Counted from the first letter of the stretch, positions 18,963 to 29,768 are shown. The stretch is 64,000 nt of DNA from Candidatus Moraniibacteriota bacterium (GCA_026396175.1 JAPLXG010000002.1:25490-89489); one strand, 5' to 3'. Numbers and translations: made by a program. Notes: generated by a model from the letters alone, not told the origin.

Positions 18963-20423
18963 CTAGTTAGTATTTTGCTTAACTTCAAAATTCAAATCAC
19001 TATTCATCATTTGCTCTTGGTTAAATTCACCGTCTTTCGTTTTGACATGAACTTTCACTGGAATATCAGATACACCAGATTGTTTCTGGATGAGCAGTTT
19101 GTAATTATCCCGTGGAAAATCCGCCGGCAACTCATATTTGATTTTCGCGTCAGTCTGGCCACCGATCAGCACGTGCCCCATAAAACCGATCCAACTCTTG
19201 CCAAAATCCTCTCCGGCACTGATGTTATTCACCATCGTTCGCTCCAAAAGCGCTGCGCCCTTGGGCAAATAAAGTCGCATATAGGTGTGATAATCGCTGG
19301 TACGCCAGTCGCCGTACGGTGCGGTGTTCTTGTAGAGAATTTCCAAATTAACTGTCGGCTTTTCCGTTGTAAGATCAATATCATAGTTAATTTCTCGCTT
19401 CATATAATAATCGGTTTTCAAAGCTCCCATATTGGCATCCACCATCATCAGATAATCGCCGCCCCAATCTTTCGCCACCTCTCCTGTCCAAAAAACACTG
19501 GCCGAAAGTGCTTGCAAATTTTCATCTTTAAAATTGACCATCACATTCTTGGAACGAAATTCTTGATGGGCTAATTCCGTCAGTTTGGAAATATTGCCAA
19601 AGGTAAAAAGTTTGTTGATAATAATCGGCAATAATTGTTTCATCACCGCTTTCCGGTTTTGGGTGTCGATTGACGGATTCATAATGTATTGCTTTTCCAC
19701 TAACTCTTCCAGCTTCAAAAAGGCATTGTCAGAATTGAGCTCCACGTTATATCCCGGCACAGTAACCGGTCCGGTCAATTTCAAGATATCATTTAGAACC
19801 TGCGAGTTGACCGCAATCACTCCGTCAAAATCACTACTGCCTCTGCCACTCAAACGATAGAAATATTCGGCCTTAGCAACATTAGTGGGAAAATCCGGTG
19901 AAAAATTGGAATCGCGAAACTTCCAATTCTTGAGACTCATCATTCGTTCAAAAGGATAAGGTGTGGGAATCTTGGCTTGAATCCGTTGATCCAAGAGATT
20001 GGCATCTTCAAAATATGATGAAAGCACCTCGCCGTCTTTGATTTTGATAATTGCATACTGACCCAAAAAACCGCCGCCGGGGCGCAACTCCATATTATTT
20101 TGCAAAAGCAGCATAAAGGTTTTGGTTTTTCCGTCTTTTTGGGTAAAATTATCGACTAGCGTATTCAATACAGACAATTCCTTTTGTTCATCCTTGGTGA
20201 TTGGCAAAAGGCTGGAAAACCGATTCAAGGCCGAGAGTGTTTTTATTCCGATTATTTGCTTGTTACTTTTGACGAAGGAAAACAGAAAAAAACAGATCAA
20301 GATGAAAACAACAACAAAAATTAGCCTCTTCACGCTCTTTTTCCCAAGGAATTTTTTTAGCGCCGAGTAAAATTTATTCTCGGACTTATTAGTTCTCCTC
20401 GGTTCGAAATTTATATTTGGCAT
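18963..20423 (-). CDS. DUF4012 domain protein, paralog 1
   Basis: LLQNNMELRPGGGFLG, RDSNFSPDFP, KTDYY motifs. Confidence 0.85.
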   Translation of the reverse strand: MPNINFEPRRTNKSENKFYSALKKFLGKKSVKRLIFVVVFILICFFLFSFVKSNKQIIGIKTLSALNRFSSLLPITKDEQKELSVLNTLVDNFTQKDGKTKTFMLLLQNNMELRPGGGFLGQYAIIKIKDGEVLSSYFEDANLLDQRIQAKIPTPYPFERMMSLKNWKFRDSNFSPDFPTNVAKAEYFYRLSGRGSSDFDGVIAVNSQVLNDILKLTGPVTVPGYNVELNSDNAFLKLEELVEKQYIMNPSIDTQNRKAVMKQLLPIIINKLFTFGNISKLTELAHQEFRSKNVMVNFKDENLQALSASVFWTGEVAKDWGGDYLMMVDANMGALKTDYYMKREINYDIDLTTEKPTVNLEILYKNTAPYGDWRTSDYHTYMRLYLPKGAALLERTMVNNISAGEDFGKSWIGFMGHVLIGGQTDAKIKYELPADFPRDNYKLLIQKQSGVSDIPVKVHVKTKDGEFNQEQMMNSDLNFEVKQNTN

Positions 20424-20563
20424 AGGTTAGTATAATTTTGTTTCATTTTCCGCAAAGACTCCAAGCTTAGAATATTTGCCTAATTAAGGTTTAGAAAACA
20501 TTTTAATTCTAGCCCAAATATGCCAGTTTGGCAAAATGCCTTTTTACCGATATAATAGGAGCA

Positions 20564-22321
20564 ATGAAAATACCGACTAATTTCAATGGATATCGGCTTT
20601 TTTCCGCCCTGGGAATTTTTATTTTAGGGTTGGAATTTTTGGCGATTATTCTCACGCTCCTTCGAATTTTCTATTGGCCGATTTTAGCCGTCTATTTCTT
20701 AGTCGGAATTATTTTACTGGCAGCACTTTTTTTTCACAATTGGAAAAAAATAAATCGCTGGCAAATTCTAGCCGCCTCATTGCTTTCTCTTTTGGCAATC
20801 AGCTTTTTTTCGCTCCACGCTGAGCCGTCGATTTTTTCCGGACGCGATCAGGGTTCATTCAGTGAAGCGGCGGTCAGACTTTCCCAAAATCACCAATTGG
20901 AGTTTGAAACACCCACTTCGAAGGAATTTTTCAAAATTTATGGCCCGGGTATAGCGCTTAACTTTCCCGGCTTTAGCTACACTCAAGCAGGAGCATTAAT
21001 CACTCATTTTTCACTGGGCTATATCGCTTGGTTGGCTGTCTTTTATGCTCTTTTTGGTCTTTCCGGTTTTTCCGTTGCCAATGGCGTTTTACTATTTCTT
21101 TTCTTGCTTTCTTTTTTTGCCTTGGTAAAAGTTCACACCAACCTGAAATCTGCCTGGCTCGGGCTAGCGCTCGCAATCAGCAGTTTCATTTTTTCCTGGT
21201 TTTTCAAATTAACCTTGAGCGAAAATCTTGCCCTAGGTTTCATCTGGTTTAGCATTTTGGAATTTTCACTATTTTTGAAATATCGCGACCAACTTTTTCT
21301 ACTTTCCGCTCTTTCGGCGTTTCTCCTCTTAGCTTTCACGCGACTGGAAGCCTGGGCACTCCTCGCGATGTTTGGAATTGTGCTTTTTCTTTTTCAAAAG
21401 AAAGAAAAAAATCTTTTTTCAAAAATTGAAAAACGAAAAGTATTTTGGCTTTTGGGCGTTTTTTTGGCAACATATATTGTTGCGCTCAAAGTTAATAGCC
21501 AATTCTATCTTTCTTCCGCGAAAGGTCTCTTGCATTCTTTTTCCTCCGGAGAAAACAGCCTCGGCGCCATTTCCGCGCTAACTTATTTGAGCAAAGTTTT
21601 TTATTATTACAATCTTTTGATTTTTATCATAATTGGAGCATTGGGAATTTTTTATTTTTTCTACAAGAAAAAATATTTCTTTTTGGTTCCTTTCCTTGTT
21701 CTCTTGCCTCTACTTGTCTATCTCATCCACCCGGGAATCTCTCTCGACCACCCCTGGATGCTGCGTCGCTTTTCTTTTGCCATTATTCCTCTGGGCATTT
21801 TTTACACCACTCTCATCGCTGACCGCCTATTCTCCAAACAAATTTATTTCTCCATCCTTGCGACACTATTGGTTGTTGCCAACTTAACTTTTTCCCTGCC
21901 CTATGCTACTTTTTCCGAAAACGCTGGTTTGCTCAATCAAACAAGGGCGCTCGGTAATAATTTTTCCGCTACTGATTTGGTGCTCGTTGATCAATTAGCT
22001 TCAGGCGATGGCTGGTCAATGATCGGCAGCCCCCTAAATTTCCTCTATGGAAAACAAGCGGTCTATTTTTTTAACCAAAACGACCTTGGAAAAATTGACC
22101 TGAAAAAATTCACCAATGCCTATTTTATCATTCCCAATGAAAGCTTAGCTTCCTATGAAAAATTTGGTATACTGGAAAAATTAATCCCCCAAAAAGATTA
22201 TCAGCTAGAAAGAAAATATCTCATCGTTCCAGATCTCTCAAAAGATAGCGGTTTTTTTCAAGAACTCCCGATTGAGACTCAAATCACAACTACGGGCAAA
22301 ATTTATTTATTGAATCAATAG
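20564..22321 (+). CDS. Polytopic membrane protein, possible GT-C glycosyltransferase
   Basis: More than 12 TM helices, GRDQG loop, DHPWMLRRF; ATG at 20564 preferred over the ORF-track TTG. Confidence 0.7.
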   Translation: MKIPTNFNGYRLFSALGIFILGLEFLAIILTLLRIFYWPILAVYFLVGIILLAALFFHNWKKINRWQILAASLLSLLAISFFSLHAEPSIFSGRDQGSFSEAAVRLSQNHQLEFETPTSKEFFKIYGPGIALNFPGFSYTQAGALITHFSLGYIAWLAVFYALFGLSGFSVANGVLLFLFLLSFFALVKVHTNLKSAWLGLALAISSFIFSWFFKLTLSENLALGFIWFSILEFSLFLKYRDQLFLLSALSAFLLLAFTRLEAWALLAMFGIVLFLFQKKEKNLFSKIEKRKVFWLLGVFLATYIVALKVNSQFYLSSAKGLLHSFSSGENSLGAISALTYLSKVFYYYNLLIFIIIGALGIFYFFYKKKYFFLVPFLVLLPLLVYLIHPGISLDHPWMLRRFSFAIIPLGIFYTTLIADRLFSKQIYFSILATLLVVANLTFSLPYATFSENAGLLNQTRALGNNFSATDLVLVDQLASGDGWSMIGSPLNFLYGKQAVYFFNQNDLGKIDLKKFTNAYFIIPNESLASYEKFGILEKLIPQKDYQLERKYLIVPDLSKDSGFFQELPIETQITTTGKIYLLNQ

Positions 22322-22333
22322 CAAAAAAATATT

Positions 22334-22507
22334 CCCTTCTCCATCAGGGAGAAGCCTGCCTGCCGGTAGGCAGGGTGGCCGAAGGCCGGATGAGGGAGAA
22401 GCAGTTTGATTAGTAACAAGTTAGCTTTGTTTAGATTATTCTTAATATATAGCCCTTGCCCTCACCTGTCGCGTGCTCGCGACATCCTCTCCCGAAGGGA
22501 GAGGAGG
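22334..22507 (+). repeat. CCCTTCTCC/CCCTCACC hairpin repeat family B, copy 1 (carries a 20-bp insert)
   Basis: GGGAGAAG[20 bp]GTGGCCGAAGGCCGGATGAGGG ... CCCTCACCTGTC..GACATCCTCTCCC..GGGAGAGG. Confidence 0.85.
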
Positions 22508-22577
22508 AATTGACCCCATTCGTATATTCGTACAAATTCGCCTGCCTGCCGGTAGGCAGGTAATTCGTAAAGACATC

Positions 22578-23924
22578 ATGCTTGACCTAACCAAAGAAAT
22601 CAAACTGGACGAAAAAAACTCTCGGCGTTACCGTCGCCTGCAGGCTTTCTTTTATGCTTTTTGTTTTGTGGCCGCCACCTATGTCGCCTATTTCATTTTC
22701 TTCCCGACCCAAGAATTTAATTTTTCTTTCTTGATGCTCACATCCAACAAAGGCAACGCGCTGAATCCTCGAGACGTCAAGGGAACACTAATTACCGATG
22801 GAAAATTTCCTACCGGGCAACATGCTTATTTCGACGCGTCGCTCGTCGGCAGCTTTTCTAAGATCAAGTTGAGTTTTACGCCTAACCGACAATCATTGAG
22901 TCCGGAAAATTCTCACATCGATTTGCGCAAGTCCTATCGCGCTTTTCTCTATCCCGAAGGACAACCGATTGGATTCAAAGATGGCACGCTCATCAAAAAC
23001 CAAAATGGTTCTTATCTGGTTTCTGACGGAAAACTAAGAAAATTTGCGAGTTCCACAATCGCTGACGCCCTGGGCTTTCCCAAAGAGGCTTTTCTTGCGA
23101 TTGATAGTGATGCTGATTTGAAATATAATCCCTCGGGTGACGATATTACCGATACAAAAAATTATCCCGCCGATTCAATTTTCAAAATTAACGAGAATTA
23201 TTATTTATTGGCTACTGATGGAGCGCTAGAAAAGTTTATCAGCGCCGGCGCTTTTCATAGTCAATACGACGAGAGTTTAGTCATTTCCAAAACTGCCGAT
23301 TTTCTCAACAGCTATCCTGTCGCGAAAGATCCTCTTGGATTTGCCGATGGATCATTAGTTTCCTATGGATCATCAGCTTACATCGTCAGTAAAAATAAAA
23401 TTTATCCCATCGGCGACCCGGATATTTTCGTCAATCAAGGTTATTCTTGGGATGATATCATTACCATCAGCGGCGATGAATTTTCACTCTATGCCAAAGA
23501 AAAACTTTTCACGCTCACTAGCATTCATCCTGATGGAACAATTTTTCTGACATCTGATTCTCATCGGTGGTACCAAATTGAAAATGGACAAAAACACGAA
23601 CTGCCGTCACAAGCAATCGCGCAATCCTGGCTCAAAAAAAATCCCATCTCGGTTTCCGCTAAAAGCCTTGAGATCTTGGGCAGCTGCGACCTCAAAAAAG
23701 AATTTTTTGGCAATTATTTTTGCCTCATTCCTTTGGATGACACAAAAGACTCAGCCGGAAAATATTATGAATTTACCCTTGCTCCAAAAGATAATCTCAA
23801 AATCGACAATCTCAATCTGCTCTATGAAAAAAATATGACAATGCAAAACCTGAAGCTAGCCGTGCGTAGTATGATTTTGAAAATAAAAGCGCACTATGGA
23901 ATCCAAAGCGCGCCACAACAATAG
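22578..23924 (+). CDS. Membrane-anchored hypothetical protein with repeated (D)GTLIK/DGSLV modules
   Basis: TM helix, four repeated beta modules; ORF-track extension to 22473 is repeat-derived. Confidence 0.7.
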   Translation: MLDLTKEIKLDEKNSRRYRRLQAFFYAFCFVAATYVAYFIFFPTQEFNFSFLMLTSNKGNALNPRDVKGTLITDGKFPTGQHAYFDASLVGSFSKIKLSFTPNRQSLSPENSHIDLRKSYRAFLYPEGQPIGFKDGTLIKNQNGSYLVSDGKLRKFASSTIADALGFPKEAFLAIDSDADLKYNPSGDDITDTKNYPADSIFKINENYYLLATDGALEKFISAGAFHSQYDESLVISKTADFLNSYPVAKDPLGFADGSLVSYGSSAYIVSKNKIYPIGDPDIFVNQGYSWDDIITISGDEFSLYAKEKLFTLTSIHPDGTIFLTSDSHRWYQIENGQKHELPSQAIAQSWLKKNPISVSAKSLEILGSCDLKKEFFGNYFCLIPLDDTKDSAGKYYEFTLAPKDNLKIDNLNLLYEKNMTMQNLKLAVRSMILKIKAHYGIQSAPQQ

Positions 23925-23929
23925 CCTGG

Positions 23930-24078
23930 TGTCATCCTGAGCGGAATAAATTTTCGCTAGAAAATTTATGAAGTCGAAGGATCTGTTCACTATCACCACT
24001 AGCTTAGCGATTCATAGGAAAACTACGGATTATTTACAGCAGACCCTTCGACTACGCTCTGCTTCGCTCAGGATGACA
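23930..24078 (+). repeat. Family A element, copy 3
   Basis: Same terminal IR and internal ATAAATTTTC-gcta-GAAAATTTAT hairpin. Confidence 0.9.
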
Positions 24079-24123
24079 AAATAAAAAATATTCGCCAAAA
24101 AAACTTAAAGAAGCCCTAATTTT

Positions 24124-24516
24124 ATGCAACTAACTAAAAATACTCTTGCAATTTTCTACAAGCTTCTCCACGACAGCCTTTTTATGGCGCTGATTTTCTT
24201 CACCCTCTCCCTTATCGCCGAAGCTGTTCTTCCTGGCATTATCGTTTCCCATATCGGTTTTTCCAAAATGGTAATCGCAATTCTGCTCAACATTTTTTTC
24301 CTCAAGATGTTGGCAAAAAAAATCGCGCCTGATCAAATTGATCAAACGCTTCCCGCAAAAAACAATAGTTTCAATAAAATTCTCTTTCCGCTCATCGCGC
24401 TTGGCGCGCTACTCATTTTCAATAGCCTTTTAGGTATGAATATTTTCTTGAATTTGTTTTTTCTCCTGATTGGTGCCGCTGTTGGATATCTAAGCTACCG
24501 AATTTTGTTCGAGTAA
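24124..24516 (+). CDS. Small four-TM membrane protein
   Basis: Hydrophobic ORF. Confidence 0.7.
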   Translation: MQLTKNTLAIFYKLLHDSLFMALIFFTLSLIAEAVLPGIIVSHIGFSKMVIAILLNIFFLKMLAKKIAPDQIDQTLPAKNNSFNKILFPLIALGALLIFNSLLGMNIFLNLFFLLIGAAVGYLSYRILFE

Positions 24517-24519
24517 CTA

Positions 24520-24777
24520 TTTTTTATATCCCCTTCTCCATTAGGGAGAAGCCTGCCTGCCGGTAGGCAGGGTGGCCGAAGACCGGATGAGGGAGGAGTC
24601 TCTCGATAATAACCATTACTAATTTATATAGTTTTTCTTTTTTAACAATGCCCCCATCCCTCACCTGTCGCGAGTACGCGACATCCTCTCCCTAAGGGAG
24701 AAGAGGCATTGAGGAGACTATTCCGTAGCCTCACCTGTCACGTGCTCGTGACATCCTCTCCCTAATGGCGAGGAGGG
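24520..24777 (+). repeat. Family B composite, copy 2
   Basis: Closely similar to 32400-32670; 20-bp insert at 24552-24571. Confidence 0.85.
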
Positions 24778-24790
24778 ATTCAATACGCAA

Positions 24791-25906
24791 CTAACTTTTG
24801 ATATATTCCAACGTTTCCCTCGCGCATTTTTCCCAAGAAAATTTCTTGATTTGCAAAAGACCCTTTTTAATCATTTCAGTTCTCAAGTTTTCATCATTAA
24901 GGACTAGCTCGATCTTCTCTGCTAAATCAGCAGGATTTTTTTCTTGAAAATACAAAGGAGCATCACCTCCTGCTTCGCCAAGACTGGAGTTAAGCGCACA
25001 AATCAGCGGTACGCGCGAGGCTAAAATCTCGAGTACTGGAATACCAAAACCCTCATAGAGCGAAGGATAGACATAGACATTTGCACCGCGAACTAAGTGA
25101 CCCATGTCGGAAAAAGTCAGCCGACCCGGCGTGATGATATCTTTTTGAAATGGACTTTTTTTGATCTGATCAAAAACACCATTGGAAAGCCAGGCCTTTT
25201 CTCCGGCAATCACCAATTTTATTTCTGATTTGGTTTTTGTTTTGAAAAGATTAAAAGCGTCAACTAAAACACCTAAATTTTTTCTCGGCTGGATCGCTCC
25301 GGCATATAAAATATAGTCTCCCGCAATGTCCATTCTGTTTTTCACTTCTTGCTCGATGGAAAAATCACGCGCAACAGAAAAAACTTCGGCGTCAAATCCA
25401 TGATAGATAACCCTAATCAGACTTTCCGGCACGCTGGGATAGAATTTCAAAATATCTTTTTTGGTCGACTCGGAAATTGCGATGATTTTATCCGCTTTTG
25501 TAAACGCCCACTTTCCCAACAAGTTTAATTTGAATAAATCCTTTTTGGGGAAATACTCCGGAAAATATTTATAGGCCAAATCGTGCGCTGTTACTACCGT
25601 TTTCATTTTTGGTCCGTGCAGAATTGGAATGTTGTGCATTGGCATCCAAAGCACGTCAGGTTTGTCACGACGCAATTGTCCGCAAAGCCATAGCTGGGTC
25701 CAAAATAAGGGAAAGTTTTTCTGTTTGATTTTGTAATTCGGAAAATCAGGCGGCACAAGTTCAGGATTAAACTTATTTTTGTGGTACAAAAAAAACTCGC
25801 TAGCCGGATCCAGCTTACCAAAAAATTTGAGCATGTTGTGAATATAAACGCGAGTCCCGTCAATCCGACTCGCGTCTAGGTCTGCAACTTGAATGGCGAT
25901 TTTCAT
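24791..25906 (-). CDS. GT4 glycosyltransferase
   Basis: AISESTKKD, GAIQPRKN, YPSLYEGFGIPVLE. Confidence 0.92.
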   Translation of the reverse strand: MKIAIQVADLDASRIDGTRVYIHNMLKFFGKLDPASEFFLYHKNKFNPELVPPDFPNYKIKQKNFPLFWTQLWLCGQLRRDKPDVLWMPMHNIPILHGPKMKTVVTAHDLAYKYFPEYFPKKDLFKLNLLGKWAFTKADKIIAISESTKKDILKFYPSVPESLIRVIYHGFDAEVFSVARDFSIEQEVKNRMDIAGDYILYAGAIQPRKNLGVLVDAFNLFKTKTKSEIKLVIAGEKAWLSNGVFDQIKKSPFQKDIITPGRLTFSDMGHLVRGANVYVYPSLYEGFGIPVLEILASRVPLICALNSSLGEAGGDAPLYFQEKNPADLAEKIELVLNDENLRTEMIKKGLLQIKKFSWEKCARETLEYIKS

Positions 25907-25918
25907 TGAGTGAATAAT

Positions 25919-26785
25919 TTAGAACTTCAGGCTTTTTAAATAATTTTTTAACTTCTCGCCTACTTCCGGATGCTTAAGCCCAATATGCACGACTGCTTTT
26001 AAGAAATTAAACTTGTCCCCTGTGTCAAGCCATACCCCATCCAAAATTCGACCATAAATCGGCCGACCTTTTTCTATCATCGCTTCAAAAGCGTCAATCA
26101 GGCGGATCTCACCTGAATTGCCGTGTTCAATTTTGGATAACTCTTCAAAAACTTCCGGTGTGATAATATATTTACCCACTGCCACCAAGTCCGACTTAGC
26201 CTCTTCTGCCTTAGGTTTTTCCACAACATTTTTTACTTCAATATTTTTTTCATCTAATTTCACGCCATCAAAAACACCGAACTTAGAAACCTCACTTTTT
26301 TCCACTCGACTAAGGCCGATGACCGGATCACCATAGCGCTCAAATGTTTCCATTAGTTGCTTGGTCGATGGCACTTCACTGTCATACATACAATCACCAA
26401 AAATAACCAAAACCGGCTCATCACCGACGATGTGCCTAGCTTGCAAAATCGCATGTCCGTCACCAAGCGGCATCGATTGGCGGACATAGGAAAATTTAGC
26501 AAGGTTGGGAATTCTCTGCACCTCGCGAAGTAAATCATGCTTATTTTTTTCCACTAAAGTTTCTTCCAACTCAAAAGAAATATCAAAATGATCTTCAATC
26601 GCCCTTTTTCCCCGTCCAGTCACAAAAATAATTTCTTCAATTCCTGCCGCAACCGCTTCCTCCACTAAATATTGCACGACCGGCTTATCAACTACTGTGA
26701 GCATTTCTTTTGGTTGCGCTTTAGTGGCTGGTAAAAATCTCGTTCCAAACCCTGCCACTGGCAAAATCGCTTTTTTAATTTTCAT
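25919..26785 (-). CDS. galU: UTP--glucose-1-phosphate uridylyltransferase
   Basis: KAILPVAGFGTRFLPATKAQPKEML, VEKP. Confidence 0.95.
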   Translation of the reverse strand: MKIKKAILPVAGFGTRFLPATKAQPKEMLTVVDKPVVQYLVEEAVAAGIEEIIFVTGRGKRAIEDHFDISFELEETLVEKNKHDLLREVQRIPNLAKFSYVRQSMPLGDGHAILQARHIVGDEPVLVIFGDCMYDSEVPSTKQLMETFERYGDPVIGLSRVEKSEVSKFGVFDGVKLDEKNIEVKNVVEKPKAEEAKSDLVAVGKYIITPEVFEELSKIEHGNSGEIRLIDAFEAMIEKGRPIYGRILDGVWLDTGDKFNFLKAVVHIGLKHPEVGEKLKNYLKSLKF

Positions 26786-26957
26786 AATGTTTAAAAGTTA
26801 GCTTATTATCGTTGTTTTGACCATATTAAATTTATAGCAGAAATCGAGAGAAAAATCAAAACACAAGAAAACTGCCCCTGATAAGCCCTTTGCCAAAAAT
26901 CGGCTTTTTCGCTATTATTTATAGGTTAGGGAAAATTAACTAATAACAAAGAAAACT

Positions 26958-28250
26958 ATGGCAAATGAAAAAAGGATGAAGTCTGTGGCAATTATTGGTC
27001 TGGGTTATGTCGGTCTGCCTTTAGCGATACGCTGTGTGGAAAGAAACTACACCGTCTATGGACTCGATCTCGATAAAAAGAAAATTGCTTCAATTAAAAA
27101 GGGCCAAAGCCCGTTCAAGGAAGAATTCATCGAACAGCGAAAAAATCTGCTCAAAAAAATTACCGCCTCCACCAATCCAGTAATTTTAAAAAAAGCTGAC
27201 ATCGTGATTGTTTGCGTGCCGACTCCTGTCGATGAAAAATTTTTCCCGATTCTCACTCCGCTCACTTCCGCCACCGAGATGATCGTCAAAAATCATAAAG
27301 TTGGGCAACTCATTATGATCGAATCAACCATCAACCCGGGAATTTGCGATGATGTGATCGCGCCGATTCTCATTGAAGCCGGAATGAAAGAAGGCAAAGA
27401 TTTTTTTCTTGGTCATTGCCCTGAAAGAATCAATCCGGGGGATATTAAATGGAACGTCACCAATATTCCGCGTGTCCTTGGCGCATCATCTCCCCAAGGA
27501 CTCGCTATTGCTAAGGATTTCTATGAATCAATTATCGACGCACCAATCAAACTGATGGGCTCAATCAAAGAAGCGGAAGCTTGCAAAGTGGTGGAAAATT
27601 CTTTCCGTGACATTAACATCGCCTTTGTGAACGAACTGGCAAAAAGTTTTGATAAGCTAGGCATTGACGTCAAAAACGTCATCGATGGCGCCGCCACCAA
27701 ACCTTTTGCCTTTATGGCGCATTATCCCGGCCGCGGCGTCGGTGGACACTGCATTCCGGTTGATCCCTATTATTTAATCGAAAAAGCCAAAGCATCCGGC
27801 TTTGATCACAAATTCCTGCGCGTCGCCAGAGAGATTAATAATTCGATGCCAGCGTATACTGTCGAAGCCATGCAAGATTTGCTCAATGAAGTTAAACTCC
27901 CGATGAAAGACACCGCCATTGGAGTGATGGGTCTTTCCTATAAAGCCAACGTGGATGATCTCCGCGAATCCCCGGCCATCAAAATTATCTCGGAACTGAA
28001 AAAGAAAAAAGCCAAAATCATCCGCTATGACCCGTTCATCAAATCAATGTCCGACGTGCCAAATCTTGCAACATTTCTCAAAAAATGCACCGCCATCATC
28101 CTCGTCACCAACCACAGCGAATTTGCTGCACTAGATCCGAAAGAATTCAAAAAGAATAATATCAAAGCAATTGTCGACGGAATGAATGCCTTGGACAAAA
28201 ACAAGATCAAAAAACTGGGAATCAAGTATCGCGGGATTGGGAGACAATAG
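26958..28250 (+). CDS. Nucleotide-sugar dehydrogenase (UDP-HexNAc 6-dehydrogenase-like)
   Basis: GLGYVGLP, CVPTP, PERINPG, GVGGHCIPVDP, DLRESP. Confidence 0.93.
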   Translation: MANEKRMKSVAIIGLGYVGLPLAIRCVERNYTVYGLDLDKKKIASIKKGQSPFKEEFIEQRKNLLKKITASTNPVILKKADIVIVCVPTPVDEKFFPILTPLTSATEMIVKNHKVGQLIMIESTINPGICDDVIAPILIEAGMKEGKDFFLGHCPERINPGDIKWNVTNIPRVLGASSPQGLAIAKDFYESIIDAPIKLMGSIKEAEACKVVENSFRDINIAFVNELAKSFDKLGIDVKNVIDGAATKPFAFMAHYPGRGVGGHCIPVDPYYLIEKAKASGFDHKFLRVAREINNSMPAYTVEAMQDLLNEVKLPMKDTAIGVMGLSYKANVDDLRESPAIKIISELKKKKAKIIRYDPFIKSMSDVPNLATFLKKCTAIILVTNHSEFAALDPKEFKKNNIKAIVDGMNALDKNKIKKLGIKYRGIGRQ

Positions 28251-28295
28251 TGTTATTCGCTTCGCGAACCCCGCCGCGGCGGGGACATGCAAATA
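28251..28295 (+). repeat. Family C hairpin repeat
   Basis: TGTTATTCGCTTCGCGAACCCCGCCGCGGCGGGGACATGCAAATA starts immediately after the stop codon. Confidence 0.8.
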
Positions 28296-28377
28296 GATTT
28301 TCGATAAAAAAATTTAAAAAGCGCTCCCATCTCTGGAGCGCTTTTTGTTTTTAAAATTATTTTAAGCTCCCCAACTT

Positions 28378-29604
28378 TTACAATCTATCTTTCTTCACAT
28401 TTCTTATTTCCGAAAATTCAAGCAATTTTTCTTTCAACGCTTTTTCTGCATCCGGGTCTGAATCAGCAAAATTTGAACGCATAACTTCCGCTTCAAATTG
28501 ATCGAGAGGAAGACTTCCTGATTTGGTAGTAATATAGCCAGAATCTTCCATTCCGTCATCTTCACGCATTTTCACCACAGCATTTGGATTATCCTCTCCG
28601 GGAAAGGCAATTTGATCCCTCCTCAAGGCATAACGAAATCCTACACCTTTCCAAAACTGCCCTACCGGCACAAGCGAAACTGTTGGACCAGAACGTTGTT
28701 CAATTCCATGCGACGGTGAATTGAGAATCTCCAAGGCACTCTTGTAGCCACCACTATTTAAACCATGATAGAGATGCACGATAGCATCGGGCGGAAGATT
28801 TTTCTGCTCTTCTATAAACTTTTTAAAATTATCCTCACCCATCGCTATTTTGGAAAGATTGTCATCAATTTTTGGGAACTCTGATTTTATCGCGTCACGC
28901 AGTTCTTGTTGACGCGCTGATTTTGCATCTTCTTTCGCTTCCCATCTTTTTCGTGCCAGCATAATATCATTTCTATCGATTACTTCCAAAAGTTTTTTTA
29001 CCTTATCAGCATCAATCTCATCCACGCTTCTCCATTTAATCTTTTCTCCAAATCCTTCTGTAAGATGGGCATATAAGTCCCAATATTCCGGAGACTCATT
29101 ATTGATCTCTTGTAAATAAGCAACCTTTTCTTTCCCTCTTTTGAAAGCATCTTGTTGCTCTTTTGTTGGAATTTTTTCAGGAAGCGGAGGAGGAAAATCA
29201 CCATCCGGGTCCCATTTTTCAACCTCGTTCGGAAGTGGCGGAGGCTCAAATTGATGACCTTCAGACATTGGTGGTGGTCCATTGGGTAATGATGGTGGTG
29301 TAGTGTAATATGTATCGGGCAATGGTGGTGGCGCAATTTCAGCTTCGAATTCTTTTTTTGCATTATCAATCTCTTCTTCTATTTTTTTCATCGCTTCTGC
29401 GCCTACGGGACTAACTATTAATCCTTTTTCCTTGGCTTTCGTTTGCGCTCGCAGAAGATCACCCGCACATAATTCTTTGAGTTTTGTGGTTTCTTTTTTT
29501 GATTCGCCAATAGGATCTTGGGGCACTTCAATGCCATCTTTACGATTCTCTCGTATATCGTCTAGCTTTTTTATGGCTTCCTTCATTGGTGACTCCTCAT
29601 GCAT
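28378..29604 (-). CDS. Hypothetical protein, charged with PPPLP repeats
   Basis: Long ORF, five poly-Pro motifs, globular C-terminus with VHLYHG. Confidence 0.7.
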   Translation of the reverse strand: MHEESPMKEAIKKLDDIRENRKDGIEVPQDPIGESKKETTKLKELCAGDLLRAQTKAKEKGLIVSPVGAEAMKKIEEEIDNAKKEFEAEIAPPPLPDTYYTTPPSLPNGPPPMSEGHQFEPPPLPNEVEKWDPDGDFPPPLPEKIPTKEQQDAFKRGKEKVAYLQEINNESPEYWDLYAHLTEGFGEKIKWRSVDEIDADKVKKLLEVIDRNDIMLARKRWEAKEDAKSARQQELRDAIKSEFPKIDDNLSKIAMGEDNFKKFIEEQKNLPPDAIVHLYHGLNSGGYKSALEILNSPSHGIEQRSGPTVSLVPVGQFWKGVGFRYALRRDQIAFPGEDNPNAVVKMREDDGMEDSGYITTKSGSLPLDQFEAEVMRSNFADSDPDAEKALKEKLLEFSEIRNVKKDRL

Positions 29605-29605
29605 A

Positions 29606-29758
29606 TTATTTCAATTTCTCCTTTAAAGCCTTAATCTCTTGCTCGTCTAAATCTTTAGAAATATTTTTAATAATCTCAAATCTTCTTTTTTTCAAAGAAG
29701 CCATTTTTGCTTGAAATTTTTCCCAGGCTTTTTTATATTTTTCTGTTTCTTCCGACAT
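29606..29758 (-). CDS. Small helical protein (50 aa, absent from ORF track)
   Basis: MSEETEKYKKAWEKFQAKMASLKKRRFEIIKNISKDLDEQEIKALKEKLK*; stop lies 1 nt before the next ATG. Confidence 0.6.
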   Translation of the reverse strand: MSEETEKYKKAWEKFQAKMASLKKRRFEIIKNISKDLDEQEIKALKEKLK

Positions 29759-29768
29759 AATTTTATTC

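Noticed and set aside
22473-22577. N-terminal extensions in the ORF track (also 61968-62000, 53924-54043, 49323-49466)
   Set aside because: They run through repeats, promoters or an upstream gene; better ATG starts lie downstream.
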